Assembly (NCBI GenBank): GCA_977017645.1
Contig: OZ360231.1
Coordinates: 36,580,001 to 36,644,000, forward strand
From: Torpedo marmorata
Lineage: Eukaryota
Length of the DNA: 64,000 bases
Reading direction: 5' to 3'
Every line of letters begins with the position of its first letter. The first letter of the stretch is position 1. A program made the position numbers and the translations under genes. The notes beneath the pieces are model-generated. The model was given only the letters and a program-made list of their open reading frames with translations, ran no database searches and was not told the DNA's origin. This document shows, piece by piece, positions 61,230-64,000 of this stretch.

Positions 61230-61451
61230 AGCCACCTGCGTAGCGTCACCATGCACTATGATGGGCCCCACCCCCCCGATCGTAGTGGCAAACCCCCAAT
61301 ACGTGAATAATACGCCCCAGACTACCTGTGGTCTCTCCACGCTGAAGACCCAACCCCCGCCACTCTTCGCCAACCTGACCCCTGACTGTAAGCCCATTGC
61401 AACTAAAAGTAGGCGATACAATGCAGGGGACAGGGCATTCATAAGGCGGAG

Positions 61452-63800
61452 GTGCAGCGTTTACTGGGGGAAGGGATCATTGCACCCAGTAACAGCCCCT
61501 GGAGAGCACAGGTAGTCGTGGTGAAGAACGGGGCTAAGAGCCGGATGGTGGTGGACTATAGCCAGACCATCAACCGGTTCACGCAACTGGACGCCTATCC
61601 GCTGCCAAGAATCGCGGATATGGTCAACCAGATTGCGCAGTATAAAGTATTCTCCACTATCGACCTAAAGTCGGCTTACCATCAGCTCCCGATTCGCCGG
61701 GAGGACCGAGTGTACACCGCTTTCGAGGCGGACGGCAGATTATTTCATTTTCTGCGCGTCCCCTTCGGGGTAACAAATGGGGTATCCGTGTTCCAACGGG
61801 AGATGGACAGGATCATTGACCAGTTCAGGCTCACTGCCACCTTCCCGTACCTGGACGACATCACCATTTGTGGTCATGATCGCCAGGATCACGATAGGAA
61901 CCTTCGGAAGTTCCTGCAGGCGGCCGAGACGCTGAACCTCACTTATAACAAGGAGAAATGCGTGTTCGGGACTACCCGACTCGCTATCCTGGGGTGCGTC
62001 GTGGAAAACGGGGTGATTGGACCCGACCCCGACCGCATGCGCCCCCTGTTGGAACTTCCGATCCCCGTTACCCCCAATGCACTTAAACGATGCCTCGGGT
62101 TTTTTTCGTATTATGCGCAGTGGGTCCCAAACTACGCGGACAAAGCCCGACCCCTCGTCAAGTCCACCAAGTTTCCCCTTGCAGCGGAGGCACGTGAGGC
62201 TTTCGACCTCATAAAAGGGGACATCGCCCGAGCAGCGATGCACGCGGTGGACGAGTCGGAACCTTTTCAGGTGGAGAGTGACGCCTCGGACTTCGCACTG
62301 GCTGCTACCCTCAACCAGGCGGGAAGGCCGGTAGCGTTTTTCTCCCGCACCCTTCAAGGCCCCGAAATTCGGCACTCCACGGTAGAGAAAGAGGCCCAGG
62401 CCATTGTCGAGGCTGTTCGGCATTGGAGGCACTATCTCGCCGGAAAACATTTTACCCTGCTGACGGACCAGCGCTCCGTCGCATTCATGTTTAACAGCCA
62501 GCAGCAGGGTAAAATCAAGAATGACAAAATCATGAGGTGGAGAATAGAACTCTCCACCTATAATTACGACATCATGTACCGGCCCGGGAAGCTCAACGAG
62601 CCCCCTGACGCTCTATCCCGGGGATCGTGCGCCAGCGCGCAGATCGACCGATTATACTCCCTACACAACGACCTCTGCCACCCAGGAGTCACCAGGCTGT
62701 TCCACTTCATTAAAGCACGGAACCTGCCTTTCTCCCTGGATGACGTCAGAACCATGACCAGCAGCTGCCGAGTCTGTGCGGAATGCAAACCGCAGTACTA
62801 CCGCCCCGACAGAGCACAGCTGGTCAAGGCCACCCGCCCGTTCGAACGTCTCAGTATAGACTTCAAGGGCCCCCTTCCTTCCACGAACCGCAATGTGTAC
62901 TTCCTCAACATCATCGATGAGTACTCGCGGTTCCCCTTTGCCATCCCCTGCCCAGATACCTCGGCGGCGTCGGCTATCAAGGCCCTCCACCAGGTATTCA
63001 CCTTGTTCGGGTTCCCCAGCTATGTCCATAGCGACCGGGGATCCGCGTTCACGAGCGAGGAGCTGCGACAGCATTTGCAGACCCGAGGCATCGCCACCAG
63101 TAGGACCACGGGGTACAACCCACGGGGGAACGGACAGGTGGAGAGGGAGAACGCCACGGTATGGACAGCTACACTACTGGCCCTGAAAGCAAAAGGGTGG
63201 CCAGTGGCTCGCTGGCAGGAGGTTCTCCCGGACGCCCTCCACTCCATACGATCCCTCTTGTGTACTGCCACTAACGCTACCCCTCACGAACGTCTCTTTT
63301 CCTTCCCCAGAAAATCGACCACCGGGACTACCCTCCCTGCCTGGCTGACGTCCCCAGGGCCGGTGCTACTCCGCAAACATCTTCGGAGTAGCAAGTACGA
63401 GCCCTTGGTCGAGAGGGTGCAGCTGACCCATGCGAACCCGCAGTACGCATTCGTGGTTTTCCCTGACGGACGGGAAGACACGGTGTCCATACGGGACCTG
63501 GCGCCGGCAGGAGCGTCAGAGGAGGTTCCCGACAGCGGGAACGCCGGGTCGCAGCTGCCCCCTCCGGCCCATCCGCCTCCCAGCACGGCGGGTACAACGC
63601 CCCAGCCGCAGCTGGAAAGACCACAAGCCAGGCAGGAGGCGAACCAAACCCAGATCCACCCTACTATACCTACTCCCGTTCCACAACCACAACCATCTCC
63701 GCGGGCATCACGTACCCTCATTCCACAACCACTACCATCACTGCTGGTACTACGCAGGTCACGGCGGCGAATCCGGCCGCCGGTTAGACTCGACGTGTAG
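61452..63800 (+). CDS. Gypsy B pol: RT-RNase H-integrase (782 aa open frame; upstream link frameshifted)
   Basis: YLDD, ESDASD, EKEAQA, LTDQ, PDALSR, HNDLCH..CRVC, IDFKGP, HSDRG, QVERE, C-terminal LRRSRRRIRPPVRL; no chromodomain. Confidence 0.92.
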   Translation: MQRLLGEGIIAPSNSPWRAQVVVVKNGAKSRMVVDYSQTINRFTQLDAYPLPRIADMVNQIAQYKVFSTIDLKSAYHQLPIRREDRVYTAFEADGRLFHFLRVPFGVTNGVSVFQREMDRIIDQFRLTATFPYLDDITICGHDRQDHDRNLRKFLQAAETLNLTYNKEKCVFGTTRLAILGCVVENGVIGPDPDRMRPLLELPIPVTPNALKRCLGFFSYYAQWVPNYADKARPLVKSTKFPLAAEAREAFDLIKGDIARAAMHAVDESEPFQVESDASDFALAATLNQAGRPVAFFSRTLQGPEIRHSTVEKEAQAIVEAVRHWRHYLAGKHFTLLTDQRSVAFMFNSQQQGKIKNDKIMRWRIELSTYNYDIMYRPGKLNEPPDALSRGSCASAQIDRLYSLHNDLCHPGVTRLFHFIKARNLPFSLDDVRTMTSSCRVCAECKPQYYRPDRAQLVKATRPFERLSIDFKGPLPSTNRNVYFLNIIDEYSRFPFAIPCPDTSAASAIKALHQVFTLFGFPSYVHSDRGSAFTSEELRQHLQTRGIATSRTTGYNPRGNGQVERENATVWTATLLALKAKGWPVARWQEVLPDALHSIRSLLCTATNATPHERLFSFPRKSTTGTTLPAWLTSPGPVLLRKHLRSSKYEPLVERVQLTHANPQYAFVVFPDGREDTVSIRDLAPAGASEEVPDSGNAGSQLPPPAHPPPSTAGTTPQPQLERPQARQEANQTQIHPTIPTPVPQPQPSPRASRTLIPQPLPSLLVLRRSRRRIRPPVRLDV

Positions 63801-63895
63801 AGACTATGTAAATAATCTATGTTTATCTGTTTTTCTTTAATATTATGGTATCCACTTCACCCCCCCGTCGGACTTGTTCTAAAAGAAGGGGTGAA

Positions 63896-64000
63896 TGTGG
63901 TAAACCACTTTTAGTATGTATATAGGTATTGTGGCCTGAGGCGAGTATGACCATGACCTGTCTGTCTGTCCCGGTGACTCCTCCCCCCTTTCCCTGGAAT
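63896..64000 (+). repeat. 3' LTR of Gypsy B (partial)
   Basis: Direct repeat of 59402-59511. Confidence 0.95.

Larger units (their letters stand above)
59402..64000 (+). mobile_element. Young, near-complete Ty3/Gypsy (Mag-like) element B; 3' LTR runs off the window
   Basis: 5' LTR 59402-59668, gag-pol, PPT AAAAGAAGGGGTGAA (63881-63895), 3' LTR from 63896 differing by one 6-bp indel and one substitution over the visible 105 bp. Confidence 0.96.

Noticed and set aside
61740-63721. Long antisense ORFs in Gypsy B and the LINEs
   Set aside because: Shadow ORFs of GC-rich coding strands with no recognisable motifs.
63430-63840. env-like or extra ORF at the 3' end of Gypsy B
   Set aside because: It overlaps the integrase tail, lacks signal peptide or fusion features, and the PPT follows almost immediately.

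Overview
This is eukaryotic, repeat-dominated DNA, most likely a cartilaginous fish (inferred from HE1/V-SINE-like SINEs, HER1/CR1-like LINEs with an esterase ORF1, Rex/Babar LINEs, L1 and Penelope remnants). No host gene could be identified; only a few candidate micro-exons lie at 14.8-18.0 kb. Main content: (1) a Tigger/pogo transposon whose TIRs (511 and 14726) now enclose a 14-kb nest of a hAT end, a Mag-like Gypsy, a Gmr1-like Gypsy (PR-IN-RT-RH order), a Rex fragment and a full-length CR1; (2) two 5'-truncated L1s with TSDs, one carrying a Tc2-type MITE with GC-rich cargo; (3) three arrays of a 25-bp minisatellite separating two copies of a 1.24-kb Penelope-containing unit; (4) a second CR1 with a near full-length Rex in its tail; (5) two solo LTRs, both inside SINE tRNA heads; (6) a young, near-complete Mag-like Gypsy at 59.4-64 kb. 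The most interesting signals are in that last family. It has no tRNA primer-binding site; instead a 12-nt sequence at the PBS position is perfectly complementary to the LTR's own poly(A)-signal region, within a Tf1-like fold partly conserved in three LTRs. It also has a dense, co-oriented YY1/ETS/CRE motif cluster inside the gag-protease linker. All calls were made by eye, and boundaries of degraded repeats are approximate.
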